NCBI GenBank assembly: GCA_964454075.1
Contig: CAYVRS010000003.1
Location: forward strand, 9,483 to 46,230
Source of the DNA: an uncultured Chitinophagales bacterium
GTDB taxonomy: Bacteria > Bacteroidota > Rhodothermia > Balneolales > HLUCCA01
Reading direction: 5' to 3'
DNA length: 36,748 nt
Shown here one piece after another: positions 7,621-17,390 of the stretch. How positions within the stretch are numbered: position 1 is the first letter of the stretch; every line of letters starts with the position of its first letter. Position numbers and translations under genes: made by a program. The notes below the pieces were generated by a model, which worked only from the letters and a program-made list of their open reading frames with translations, did not search any database and was not told the DNA's origin.

Positions 7621-9093
7621 ATGAACAACTACTACACGTTACTGCATTTGGCCGACTCTCTCAAGCGGAACTTGAGCGGATCGATGTTTGTGTCCGCGGT
7701 AACCGGACGCAAACATTTGCTCGAACTCCGATTCGAGGGATCCGGTTCCCCGCGGCTACTGACGATTTCGTTAGAGCCCTCGGCCACGGCGCTGTTCCTG
7801 GCGCCCTACCGCGACGCGCCGTCGTCGAATACGGCGACGTTCTTCGAGGACCTTGCCGGACAGAGGCTCTCGGATGTGAGTCTGGCTGAAACCGACCGCC
7901 TGATGCGCTTCGTCTTCGCGTCGGGCGATGCGCTTCTCGTGATGGCGTATTCGTCGAAGGCCAATGTCTTCCTTGTGAGGGAGGGTGTGGTAGTGGAGGC
8001 CTTCAAGCAGGATTCGGTGTGGGCCGGCAAGCCCGAACCCGTGCCCGCAAGCGCCGCGAAGCCCACGCAACGACTGCCGCGGGGGGTTCCGATGGAAGCG
8101 CTGGGGCAGATCGTGGATCGTCCCGAGCCGGCTTATGTCGAGGGATGGGGATTGAGCCTGGCGTCGGAGGAGGTGTTGCCTGGCACGCGGCTGAAGCGCT
8201 ATGCCGACGTGAACGAGGCCGTTCGGGATGTCCTTCTCAAGCACCTGCATGAGCGGACCTTTGTCCAGCGGAAATCACAGATCCAAGACCGCTTGCACCG
8301 GCTCGAAGCCGGATTGGCGCACAATATGATCCAGCTCGAGGCGCATCCCGAAGGCCTGAAACGCGCCGACAGCTACGAGCACTTCGGTCGCTTGCTCACC
8401 GCCTACGCGTATGAGACGCCCGCTCCGGATGCGGACACCTTCGCCGTGGACGACTGGATGCGAGGTGGAGAGCGGATCGACATTCCCATCCGCAAAGGAT
8501 TGTCCTTGAGCGCCAGTGCCGAGTGGTATTTCCGAAAAGCGAAAGAAGCCCGAACGGCGGTCAAACAAGCGGCGCTACGGCTCGAAGAGACCCGCCGCCG
8601 ATTGGAGGAGGTGCGTTCCGGACTCACCTCCTTGGCTGACATCACGCAGTCTGCCACGCTTGAGAAATGGAAGAAGGCCCATGCCGGGATTCTGGAACGC
8701 ACAGGGTTCGATGCCTCCGGTGAGGACCAGCTGAAGGTGCCGTACCGGCGCATGGAGGCCGGTGGGTATGAGATCTGGGTGGGGAAAAACGCGCAAGGCA
8801 ACGACGACCTCTTGCGTCTGGCCCATAAGGACGATCTCTGGTTGCATGCGAGGGGCAGTGCCGGAAGCCATGTGGTGATCCGAATGCGGAAGCAGGCGAA
8901 GCGTCCGCCGCAGCCTGTGATCGACAAAGCCGCGGGCTTGGCCGCCTGGTATTCCAAGCAGAAGGGAAGTTCCCTAGTTCCGGTTATCTTAACCCATCGG
9001 AAGTATGTTCGGAAGCCGAAAGGAGCCCCGCCCGGGTTGGTCGTGGTGGAACGCGAAGACGTGCTGATGGTGAAGCCGGATCAAGGGATATGA
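7621..9093 (+). CDS. NFACT-family protein (RqcH/FbpA-like ribosome quality control factor)
   Basis: The C-terminal NFACT-R/DUF814 signature is present: YEIWVGKNAQGNDDLLRLAHKDDLWLHARGSAGSHVVIRM...AAWYSKQKGSSLVPVILTHRKYVRKPKGAPPGLV. The N-terminal part has an AETDRLMRF segment resembling the RqcH DR motif. I prefer the start at ATG 7621 (MNNYYTLLHL); the ORF opens at TTG 7591. Confidence 0.8.
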   Translation: MNNYYTLLHLADSLKRNLSGSMFVSAVTGRKHLLELRFEGSGSPRLLTISLEPSATALFLAPYRDAPSSNTATFFEDLAGQRLSDVSLAETDRLMRFVFASGDALLVMAYSSKANVFLVREGVVVEAFKQDSVWAGKPEPVPASAAKPTQRLPRGVPMEALGQIVDRPEPAYVEGWGLSLASEEVLPGTRLKRYADVNEAVRDVLLKHLHERTFVQRKSQIQDRLHRLEAGLAHNMIQLEAHPEGLKRADSYEHFGRLLTAYAYETPAPDADTFAVDDWMRGGERIDIPIRKGLSLSASAEWYFRKAKEARTAVKQAALRLEETRRRLEEVRSGLTSLADITQSATLEKWKKAHAGILERTGFDASGEDQLKVPYRRMEAGGYEIWVGKNAQGNDDLLRLAHKDDLWLHARGSAGSHVVIRMRKQAKRPPQPVIDKAAGLAAWYSKQKGSSLVPVILTHRKYVRKPKGAPPGLVVVEREDVLMVKPDQGI

Positions 9094-9620
9094 CACGACT
9101 GATTTTTTGCGGATTCATGGGAGCGGGGAAAAGCAAGCTGGGAAGGTTGTGCGCCAAAAACCTGGACCTTGATTTCTTCGACCTGGACCATACGATTGTG
9201 AAAAAAGCGGGAAAAAGCATTCCTGAGATCTTCGCATCGGAAGGGGAAGCCTACTTCCGTGACTTGGAAGCCCGATGCCTTGACCAGATGCTGCTCACCG
9301 ACAGGCGCATCCTGTCGCTGGGGGGTGGCGCCATCCGTTCGGTCGACCATGCCGAGGCCTTGAAGAAGACCGACACTCTGGTCTGGATCCATCCGTCTTT
9401 GGAAAGCATTCTGGACCGAGTGATCGGCGATGAGCGCAGACCGATGGTCAACCAGGATCCGGAGCTCGCGCGACGCGATTTGACCGAGCTGTATGAGCGT
9501 AGGCTGCCGCTGTACGACCGGGCTCACATCTGCTTCGAACCCAAACCCGGCTGGTTCCCTCAGGAATCGGCGAACAAACTCACATCCCTACTCAAACGCC
9601 ATGCTCACAGAGACGCTTAA
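9090..9620 (+). CDS. aroK: Shikimate kinase
   Basis: Walker A in MTRLIFCGFMGAGKSKLG, then DLDHTIVKKAGKSIPEIFASEGEAYFRDLE and LSLGGGA. An ATGA overlap joins it to the rqcH-like stop. Confidence 0.9.
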   Translation: MTRLIFCGFMGAGKSKLGRLCAKNLDLDFFDLDHTIVKKAGKSIPEIFASEGEAYFRDLEARCLDQMLLTDRRILSLGGGAIRSVDHAEALKKTDTLVWIHPSLESILDRVIGDERRPMVNQDPELARRDLTELYERRLPLYDRAHICFEPKPGWFPQESANKLTSLLKRHAHRDA

Positions 9621-10668
9621 TCTTCGCACCGAGCGTTCGCACAACGTATCCATCACATTGGGCAGCAATGTGTTGAATGTATTGTCAGAAGAATTGGAAA
9701 GGAGAGGGTCCCGCTCGGTTGCGGTGATTGCGGACGCGTCGGTCTGGTCGCTGCATGGCCGCACCATTTCGAGCATCCTGGAAGGCAACGGACGTACCCT
9801 CCTGGTACAGACCGTCGCTCCCGGCGAGTCTGCCAAGAGCTGGGAACAGGCCGGCATCCTGATCAACGGACTGCTCCGTGGCGGAGTGCGCCGGGGGACA
9901 CCCTTGGTGGCCTTCGGTGGAGGCGTGGTCGGCGACCTGGCCGGTTTCGTCGCCTCGGCTTGCCTTCGAGGCCTGCCCCTGATCCACGTGCCGACAACCT
10001 TGTTGGCGATGGTCGACAGCTCGATCGGTGGAAAAACCGGGGTGAACCATGTGACTGGTAAAAACCTGATCGGTGCGTTCTATCAGCCAGAACGGATCGT
10101 GATGGATACCGATCTTCTCGCCACGCTCCCCACGCGCGAATGGCGGTGCGGCCTGGGTGAAGTCCTCAAATACGGCATGATCTCCGATCCGAGCCTGTTG
10201 GACATCGACTATACAGCGCATGTGGACTGGCCATCCATCATTTCCAAAAGCGCCCGGTTCAAAGCCCGCACTGTCGAGGAGGATGAGTTGGAGCAAGGCA
10301 TCCGCGCCTACCTCAATTACGGCCACACGTTCGGTCATGCCTTGGAAGCGGTGACCGGCTATACACGGTTCGCCCATGGTGAAGCCGTTTACCTGGGCAT
10401 GGTCGCGGCGGCTCGATTCGGGCAGTTGCTCGGACACAAGGTCGATCCCGACGTGCTGCTTCGTCATTCCGATCTGTTCAAGCTCGACCTGTCCGGTTTG
10501 GTCGATCGAATTCCGGATCTCATGGCCGCGATGTTGATGGACAAGAAAATAAAAGGGTCGGCCATCCGCTTTATATTGGTGGACCCTGTCGGCACACCGT
10601 TCATTCAAGAGATGGACGCTCCTGAAGACATCGCGCAAGCCTGGAGGTTCGCGCTCACTCACGTATGA
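9601..10668 (+). CDS. aroB: 3-dehydroquinate synthase
   Basis: Contains FGGGVVGDLAGFVA, VPTTLLAMVDSSIGGKTGVN, NLIGAFYQP and LNYGHTFGHALE. The ORF opens at 9493, but the first 36 codons overlap aroK and look non-homologous. The ATG at 9601 gives a normal-length protein of about 355 aa. Confidence 0.9.
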   Translation: MLTETLNLRTERSHNVSITLGSNVLNVLSEELERRGSRSVAVIADASVWSLHGRTISSILEGNGRTLLVQTVAPGESAKSWEQAGILINGLLRGGVRRGTPLVAFGGGVVGDLAGFVASACLRGLPLIHVPTTLLAMVDSSIGGKTGVNHVTGKNLIGAFYQPERIVMDTDLLATLPTREWRCGLGEVLKYGMISDPSLLDIDYTAHVDWPSIISKSARFKARTVEEDELEQGIRAYLNYGHTFGHALEAVTGYTRFAHGEAVYLGMVAAARFGQLLGHKVDPDVLLRHSDLFKLDLSGLVDRIPDLMAAMLMDKKIKGSAIRFILVDPVGTPFIQEMDAPEDIAQAWRFALTHV

Positions 10669-13600
10669 AACGACGCACATTGCGATGGATCTATTACACA
10701 TGGGATGCCGCCAAGCTGACGGTCCTCATCGGTGTGTCCTTCACGTTCGTGCTGTCTATGCTGGGATTCGGCATGCTTCAGCTGGATGTGACCCAGCGCT
10801 ACGCCACATTCAAGACGAACCAGTGGCTGCAGGAAACCTTCCAAGGGCATATCGAAATCGGATCCATCCGCGGCCTGCTGCCGCTGAACGCGGTGTTGCA
10901 AGATGTCCGGGTGACCCATGGTGATACGCTGGTCGATATCGGCAGCCTGAGCGTCGCCTTCGCCTACCACGATCTGTTGCAGAAACGAATCCGGGTGAGG
11001 TCGCTGATCCTCGATCATGTGAGAGTGGATGCCGATTCCATGTTGTCGGAGGCGTTCCGACGCAAAATACCTATCGAGCCGACTGCGGATCCCACCGAAG
11101 AGACCCGGCCATGGTCTTTTGAGCTACCAAACATTTCCGTCTTCAATGCCTCCTTGAAGATCGACACCTTCGACATCACCGGCATCGAACTGCATTCCTT
11201 CGCCGAATTCGGTCCGGAGACCAAATACGCGGACATCACCAGCCTCAATTTCAGCATTCCGCAGCTGACTGAGATCCCGTTCGAACTCACCGGACAGATC
11301 TATCAGGATGCCCGATTCCTTGAATTCAACGCCATCACGCTCTCACAAGGGCGTTCCCAGATCAAATTCGGCGTGGTGGGAGACCAATTCCTCGACAGTC
11401 TGACCGTATGGAAACTCACCATGGACACCACCGTGGTCTACCCCATGGATGTGGAATGGGCGCAGGCGGAACTCCCCAATGTCGCCTATCCTTTCACCGT
11501 GTCGGGACAAGCGAACGGAACCTCGCATGGGTTCGAGCTTCGTCAGCTCCGCATCGGCTATCGGGGCAGTTTTGTGCTCACCGACGCGAGCATTCTCAAT
11601 CTGGACAACCCCGACAAATTGTTCGGTGAATTCCGGATTACCGCCTCGTCGATCAAGAGTGAGGAACTCCGTGATTGGGCAGAGTTGCCCTCATTCCCCA
11701 CACTCAACGTGAGCGGGACTTTGTCCGGCGACCGTCATCATGCGATCAGCAAGGTCAAGGTGCGTACCGGAGGTGGGCTGGTGACTGTGGATGCGGACAT
11801 CGATTGGCGGAATGGGTTGGCCATCACGTCTTCAGGTCGGGTCGAACAATTGGATCTGGCATCACTTTCCGCAGGCATGCCGACCACGAGCATCACCGGA
11901 TCGTATTCATTGGCCGGCAAAGGGAACGAGTTGGCCACCTTCGATGCCCAATTCGGACTCGGGCTCAGCCGTTCGCAGATCGCCTCCTTTTCGGTCGACA
12001 CCGCATCGGTCCTTCTTGTGGGTTCGCAGGGACGGTTCGACATCGATGTCCGTGCGAACTCACCCACAGCGGGCCGCACCTCGATGGAAGGGGATCTGGA
12101 TGTGACAGGACGCGATCCTCGTCTACAACTTCGGGGTTCGGCCAACGCGGTGGACATGAGCGCTTTGGTGGCGGGTCGAGGTTTCGCCGAAACCGACCTG
12201 GATTTCCGGTTTCAAACGTCCCTCATCGGCATCACCCCGGAACGGGTGCATGGCGATTTTAGCGTGGATGTGAACCGGGCCACGATCGGCGGCGTGAGCT
12301 TCAACACCCATCAGATGTATGTGGACTTGGATTCACCGGACCAGGATGTCCGAACCCTCCGGTTCACCAGCAATGTGGCCGATGCGACCGTGACCGGTGA
12401 TATCCATCTGAAACAGTTCGTGGCGATGGGAACTTATTGGTCCACTTGGCTCACCTCACAGATGAAGCGCCAATTCCTCTTCGCCGATGCCGACACCTCA
12501 TCGGCTTTGGCAGCGAATCCTGCGCTGGAGGACATCCGGGTCACCGTGGATGCTTCGCTCAAAGACCTGAGTCTGCTCAATGCCTATATTCCCGAATTGC
12601 CGCCAATGGGAAGCCGTTCTGAAGTCGCGCTTCTGGTCAATGCCACATCCGAGCGGCTTCTTGTGAACGGCGGCATCCGTGGAGACAGCATCATGGTCGG
12701 CGATCTGAAAGCCCTGCGGTCGAATCTGCAGGTTTCGGCACAGTTCACGCACGGACGCGACCTGAACGAGGAGTCGAACGTGAAAATGCTCCTGGTGGCA
12801 GGGTTGATGCGTGTCGGCACCTTCGAAATGCGTGATTACACCTTGGATGTGGGCTTGTCGAACGAGACGTTGACTCTCGACCAGCGGGCCAACCGCATCG
12901 GTCAGAACACCCAGCTCAGAAACCGGATGACCGCGACATTGTCTGACACCTCGATGGCCGTGGTGCTGGATGAGTTCCGGTTGAGCAACCGATCCTATGT
13001 GTGGGAATCGCCCGGCGAACCCACCTTCGTATTCGACCGCTCCGGAAGTCTCGACATCCGCGGCCTGTATTTGAGCAATGACAGCCAGGTGATCGACATC
13101 GAAGGCCGGTTCAGCGCAGCCGAAGACGATTCTGTGGTCTACAAGATTGAGAATCTGAACCTGGCCCGGATCTCCGAGCTCATGGGTGGACGCATCACCT
13201 TCTCCGGCATGCTCAACGCCACCATTTCGAGCAAATCGCTGACGACCAACGCCGCAATCAACGGCTTGATCGACATCGACCGCCTCACCTTGAACAACCG
13301 ACTGTTCGGCGATGTGGGTTTCGTAAGCCGTTACAATCCTGAGTTCGGACGCTTCGATACCCGGTTGGCCATCGGCGGTGAGGCCGCTGGAAACGATGTC
13401 GCCATCGATGGCTATTTCTACGCGTCCGATCTAGGTGGCCGGCGGGATACGACGTACAATTTCAACATCGATGTGAAGAAGGCGGATCTGTGGATCATCA
13501 ACTTGTTCAACAAAGACCTCTTCCAGACCATCGAGGGGAATATGACGGGAGGAGGGTGGCTGGCCGGTAATTTCAAGGAGTTCGACTTCGATGCCGCCTT

Positions 13601-15146
13601 CAATATCGACCGGTCGCGCGTGGTGCCCTATTTTCTGCTCACCGATTACAGCGCCAGCGGACCCTTCCGAGTGAGTCGTCATGGCGGACTCGTTCTCAAC
13701 GACCTCCAGGTCAGCGATCGGTTCGGCGGGAGGGGAGTGGTCTCGGGAACATTGGATTTCAACAACTTCAAGCCGGACAAGGACATCAACATCACCATGG
13801 TGTTGAACAACCTCCAATTCTTGAACAACACCTTTACCACAGATGTGCCGTTTTACGGTACGGCGTTCGGAACGGGGACCCTGACACTTACCGGCAAGAC
13901 CTCATCTCCGTTTCTCCAGACCCGCGGGCAGATCGTGACCAGCGCCAACTCGCGCATGGCGATTCCATTCCTGGATCAGACCAGCGTGGAGGAGCAATCC
14001 CGCTTCCTGGAGTTCGTGAGTTCGTTCGAAGAGGTCACGCAACTGAGTCCGCAACAAGCGACGGTGGCCCAGCCTGTGTCGCCAACCGACGTGTCGACCT
14101 CGGGCAGCCGCTTCATGGAGTTGTTCACCTTGAATATGTCCTTCTCCGCACCGCCAGGGTCGACCGTGCAGCTTGTCTTCGATCCGCTCACCGGTGAAAT
14201 CCTTAATGCCCAGGGCAGCGGATCGGTACAGATCCGTCTGGAGGACGAACAGTTCAACGTGTTTGGAACCTTCAACGTGAACCAGGGAGACTACACGTTC
14301 GTGGCGGGCGACATTTTCCTGCGCAAATTCGAACTGAGAGACGGAGGAACCCTGGTTTGGGAAGGTCCGCCGGACAACGCACGTTTAAACGTGCTCGCCG
14401 CGTACCGTTCGCGTCCTGACATCTCCCAGCTCAGCGGCAGCGGCTTGCAGAAACCGGTGACACGCGTTCCCACCGACCTCATCCTGGCCATCCGCGGAAC
14501 CTTGCTCTCCATCGAGAACGATTTCTATTTCGAATTTCCCAACGCGGTGGATATCACGCAGAACTCCACGGAGTTGGCCATTCTGAACAGTGAGGAACAG
14601 AAACTCATCCAGGCGACGAGTCTGCTGTTCACTGGTGGGTTCATCCCGAACGAAGACGCCACGGGCGGCCAATACAATAGGCTCACTGGTGACCTTCAAG
14701 CTCGGGGGCTCAACCAGTTGCTGTCCAGCCAGGTCAACTCGCTGATCAACTCCCGATTGAGCTTTCTGGATGTCGACTTCAACTTCTCCGGATTCGATCA
14801 AACCGACATCGGTGTGGCTGTGCGACTTTTCGACGACCGACTGGTGCTTCGCGGCGAAAGCCAATTCGTTCAAGGGAATGAAGCGAGCTTGGGCGACCTC
14901 GGCGCCACGTTCCGCATCAACCGCGCGTTTTCGATCGAGCTCTTCCATCGCCGCGATCCGACATTACAAGCCATCCTCGGGACACAAGCCACCGAGCAGA
15001 GCAACATCACCGGTGCGGGCTTCGAAGCCCAAGTCCAATTCAACACCTGGCGCGAATTGCGTCAGCGCATGTGGGGTTCCATCCGCCGTTTCTTCTCCTT
15101 TGGCGATGATCCGGAACCCAAATCCCAAAACACTGCCCTGCAGTAG
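10665..15146 (+). CDS. tamB: TamB-like translocation and assembly module protein (DUF490/AsmA-like giant envelope protein)
   Basis: 1493 aa with an N-terminal signal-anchor (LTVLIGVSFTFVLSMLGFGML) and a long beta-rich repetitive body. The C-terminal DUF490-like tail reads LNVLAAYRSRP...LILAIRGTL...LDVDFNFSG...LVLRGESQF...FSIELFHRRDP. An ATGA overlap joins it to the aroB stop. Confidence 0.8.
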   Translation: MKRRTLRWIYYTWDAAKLTVLIGVSFTFVLSMLGFGMLQLDVTQRYATFKTNQWLQETFQGHIEIGSIRGLLPLNAVLQDVRVTHGDTLVDIGSLSVAFAYHDLLQKRIRVRSLILDHVRVDADSMLSEAFRRKIPIEPTADPTEETRPWSFELPNISVFNASLKIDTFDITGIELHSFAEFGPETKYADITSLNFSIPQLTEIPFELTGQIYQDARFLEFNAITLSQGRSQIKFGVVGDQFLDSLTVWKLTMDTTVVYPMDVEWAQAELPNVAYPFTVSGQANGTSHGFELRQLRIGYRGSFVLTDASILNLDNPDKLFGEFRITASSIKSEELRDWAELPSFPTLNVSGTLSGDRHHAISKVKVRTGGGLVTVDADIDWRNGLAITSSGRVEQLDLASLSAGMPTTSITGSYSLAGKGNELATFDAQFGLGLSRSQIASFSVDTASVLLVGSQGRFDIDVRANSPTAGRTSMEGDLDVTGRDPRLQLRGSANAVDMSALVAGRGFAETDLDFRFQTSLIGITPERVHGDFSVDVNRATIGGVSFNTHQMYVDLDSPDQDVRTLRFTSNVADATVTGDIHLKQFVAMGTYWSTWLTSQMKRQFLFADADTSSALAANPALEDIRVTVDASLKDLSLLNAYIPELPPMGSRSEVALLVNATSERLLVNGGIRGDSIMVGDLKALRSNLQVSAQFTHGRDLNEESNVKMLLVAGLMRVGTFEMRDYTLDVGLSNETLTLDQRANRIGQNTQLRNRMTATLSDTSMAVVLDEFRLSNRSYVWESPGEPTFVFDRSGSLDIRGLYLSNDSQVIDIEGRFSAAEDDSVVYKIENLNLARISELMGGRITFSGMLNATISSKSLTTNAAINGLIDIDRLTLNNRLFGDVGFVSRYNPEFGRFDTRLAIGGEAAGNDVAIDGYFYASDLGGRRDTTYNFNIDVKKADLWIINLFNKDLFQTIEGNMTGGGWLAGNFKEFDFDAAFNIDRSRVVPYFLLTDYSASGPFRVSRHGGLVLNDLQVSDRFGGRGVVSGTLDFNNFKPDKDINITMVLNNLQFLNNTFTTDVPFYGTAFGTGTLTLTGKTSSPFLQTRGQIVTSANSRMAIPFLDQTSVEEQSRFLEFVSSFEEVTQLSPQQATVAQPVSPTDVSTSGSRFMELFTLNMSFSAPPGSTVQLVFDPLTGEILNAQGSGSVQIRLEDEQFNVFGTFNVNQGDYTFVAGDIFLRKFELRDGGTLVWEGPPDNARLNVLAAYRSRPDISQLSGSGLQKPVTRVPTDLILAIRGTLLSIENDFYFEFPNAVDITQNSTELAILNSEEQKLIQATSLLFTGGFIPNEDATGGQYNRLTGDLQARGLNQLLSSQVNSLINSRLSFLDVDFNFSGFDQTDIGVAVRLFDDRLVLRGESQFVQGNEASLGDLGATFRINRAFSIELFHRRDPTLQAILGTQATEQSNITGAGFEAQVQFNTWRELRQRMWGSIRRFFSFGDDPEPKSQNTALQ

Positions 15147-15154
15147 CACACCCC

Positions 15155-17380
15155 ATGGGTAAGAAAAAGAAACAGAACGACCTCGAACAGCAGATTTTGG
15201 ATCTGCTGGAGCATTATCCGGATACGTTCGTCCCCCAAGACCTCCTTTATGGCGCCCTTGGCATGACCGCCCCGCGCGAACGCAAACGATTCGTCAAAAT
15301 GCTGCTCTCGCTCGTGGAGCGGAAGAAAGTCAAAATGAACGGCACCGGCCAGATTCGGAAAGTCAAGCCGGATACCGAGTCGGAACGCACCGTTCCGGCC
15401 GATCCCGATGAGCTTCCGGCCGGCCTTTTCGAAGGCGTGATGGATGTGAACCGGCATGGCGTCGGGTTCGTCAAGGTCGATCGGCACGACGAAGACATCC
15501 GCATCCCGCGCAAGAAAATGCATACCGCCTTGCCGGGCGATACCGTCCGCATCAAAATCCTAGGTCGGGATCTCGGCCGTCTGGAAGGCGCCGTGGTGGA
15601 TGTCCGCAAGCGCAGCGGGCGCCTCATGGTCGGCACCATGGTGCGCACCAAAGGGGTCTGCTACATCGAACCGGATGAAGGCATCGCCGACACCGAGTTT
15701 TTCGTGAGTCCGGAGAAATCGGCCGATGCCAAAGACCGAGACAAAGTCACCTTCCGCCTGCTGGACTGGAGCCATCCGAAAGCTCTGCCGCAAGCCGAAG
15801 TGGTGCAGGTGCTGGGTGTGGCCGGCACGCACGAAGCCACCATGCTCTCCATCATGGCGGAAAACCAGATCCAAGGCAACTTCCCCAATGCCGTTGAAGA
15901 CTTCGCCGACCGCATCCCGCTGGAGATTCCCGCATCTGAAATCGCCCGAAGGCTGGATCTGCGTTCCGAACGCATCTTCACCATCGATCCGGTGGATGCG
16001 AAGGATTTCGACGATGCCTTGAACATCCGCGTCAATGCGGATGGAAACTATGAGCTGGGTGTCCATATCGCGGATGTGACCTACTATCTGCAGCAAGATA
16101 CCGTACTCGACAAAGAGGCCTTGGACAGGGGCACCAGCGTGTATCTGGTCGACCGCGTGATTCCGATGCTTCCTGAGAAACTCAGCAACGGCGTCTGCTC
16201 GTTGCGTCCGGACGAAGACAAGCTCACGTATTCCTGTTTCATGGAGATCACTCCCAACGGGAAACTGGTGTCGTATCGCATCCAAGAGACGGTGATCCGT
16301 TCCGTGCAGCGGTTCACCTACGAGCAGGTCCAGGAGATCATCGACAGAAAAGAGCACGCTCTGGAAGTGGATGTGCGCGAACTCCATGCCCTTAGCAAGA
16401 TGCTGACCGCCAAGCGCTTCAAGGAAGGCTCGGTGGATCTCGACACGCCGGAACCCCGGTTCGTGTTGGACAAGTCCGGAAAACCGCTCGAGGTGATCGT
16501 GAAAGAACGCCTGGATGCGCACCGTCTGGTCGAGGAATGCATGCTGATGGCCAACAAGACCGTGGCCTGGCATATCGAAACGCTGCGCGAATCCGGTCCC
16601 AAGAAAGGGAAGGACTCCTATCCGTTCTTCTACAGGGTCCACGACAAGCCGAACACCGAAAAAGTGCTGAACATCGGTGAGAACGTGCGTCCTTTGGGTA
16701 TCCAATTCCATATCGCCGGAGACACGGTGACACCCAAGCAGATCAATCAGCTTCTGGCCGACATCAAAGGTCATCCTTTGCAGAACACCATCCAGGAACT
16801 TGTTCTTCGTTCCATGGCCAAGGCGGTGTATTCGCCGAAGAACATCGGTCACTTCGGCCTCGGGTTCAAACATTACGCGCATTTCACGAGCCCGATCCGC
16901 CGGTATCCGGATGTGATCGTGCACCGATTGCTCAAGCTGTATGCCGAGAACAAACCCGGATACCGTTATCCGGATTTGGAGGAGCTGGGAGTCCACTGCA
17001 GCGAGCGAGAGAAGATGGCGTCCACAGCCGAACGCGAATCCATCAAGCAGAAACAGGTCGAGTATCTGTCGGAACGGATCGGTGAGGTGTTCGAAGGCGT
17101 GATCACGGGTGTGATTGAAAAAGGCCTTTTCGTTCAGCTGAAGGCGATCTATTGCGACGGCATGGTGCCGGTACGGACCATGGACGACGATTATTACGTG
17201 TACGATGAGCAGCGACATCTTCTGCTCGGACGCCGCCGAGGACGAAAATACCAGCTCGGGGATGTCGTGACCGTGCGGGTCACGGAAACGAACTTGACCG
17301 CTCGAACCGTTGATCTGCAATTGGTCTCCGGCACATCGCATCATGATGCGAGAGCCGAACGACCGCGCCGCAAATCGTGA
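15155..17380 (+). CDS. rnr: Ribonuclease R (RNB-family 3'-5' exoribonuclease)
   Basis: RNB catalytic motifs are present: FTIDPVDAKDFDDAL, SVYLVDRVIPMLPEKLSNGVCSL and HFGLGFKHYAHFTSPIRRYPDVIVHRLL. A C-terminal S1-like domain (FEGVITGVIEKGLFVQL) and a basic tail follow. Confidence 0.93.
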   Translation: MGKKKKQNDLEQQILDLLEHYPDTFVPQDLLYGALGMTAPRERKRFVKMLLSLVERKKVKMNGTGQIRKVKPDTESERTVPADPDELPAGLFEGVMDVNRHGVGFVKVDRHDEDIRIPRKKMHTALPGDTVRIKILGRDLGRLEGAVVDVRKRSGRLMVGTMVRTKGVCYIEPDEGIADTEFFVSPEKSADAKDRDKVTFRLLDWSHPKALPQAEVVQVLGVAGTHEATMLSIMAENQIQGNFPNAVEDFADRIPLEIPASEIARRLDLRSERIFTIDPVDAKDFDDALNIRVNADGNYELGVHIADVTYYLQQDTVLDKEALDRGTSVYLVDRVIPMLPEKLSNGVCSLRPDEDKLTYSCFMEITPNGKLVSYRIQETVIRSVQRFTYEQVQEIIDRKEHALEVDVRELHALSKMLTAKRFKEGSVDLDTPEPRFVLDKSGKPLEVIVKERLDAHRLVEECMLMANKTVAWHIETLRESGPKKGKDSYPFFYRVHDKPNTEKVLNIGENVRPLGIQFHIAGDTVTPKQINQLLADIKGHPLQNTIQELVLRSMAKAVYSPKNIGHFGLGFKHYAHFTSPIRRYPDVIVHRLLKLYAENKPGYRYPDLEELGVHCSEREKMASTAERESIKQKQVEYLSERIGEVFEGVITGVIEKGLFVQLKAIYCDGMVPVRTMDDDYYVYDEQRHLLLGRRRGRKYQLGDVVTVRVTETNLTARTVDLQLVSGTSHHDARAERPRRKS

Positions 17381-17390
17381 TATACTTTCC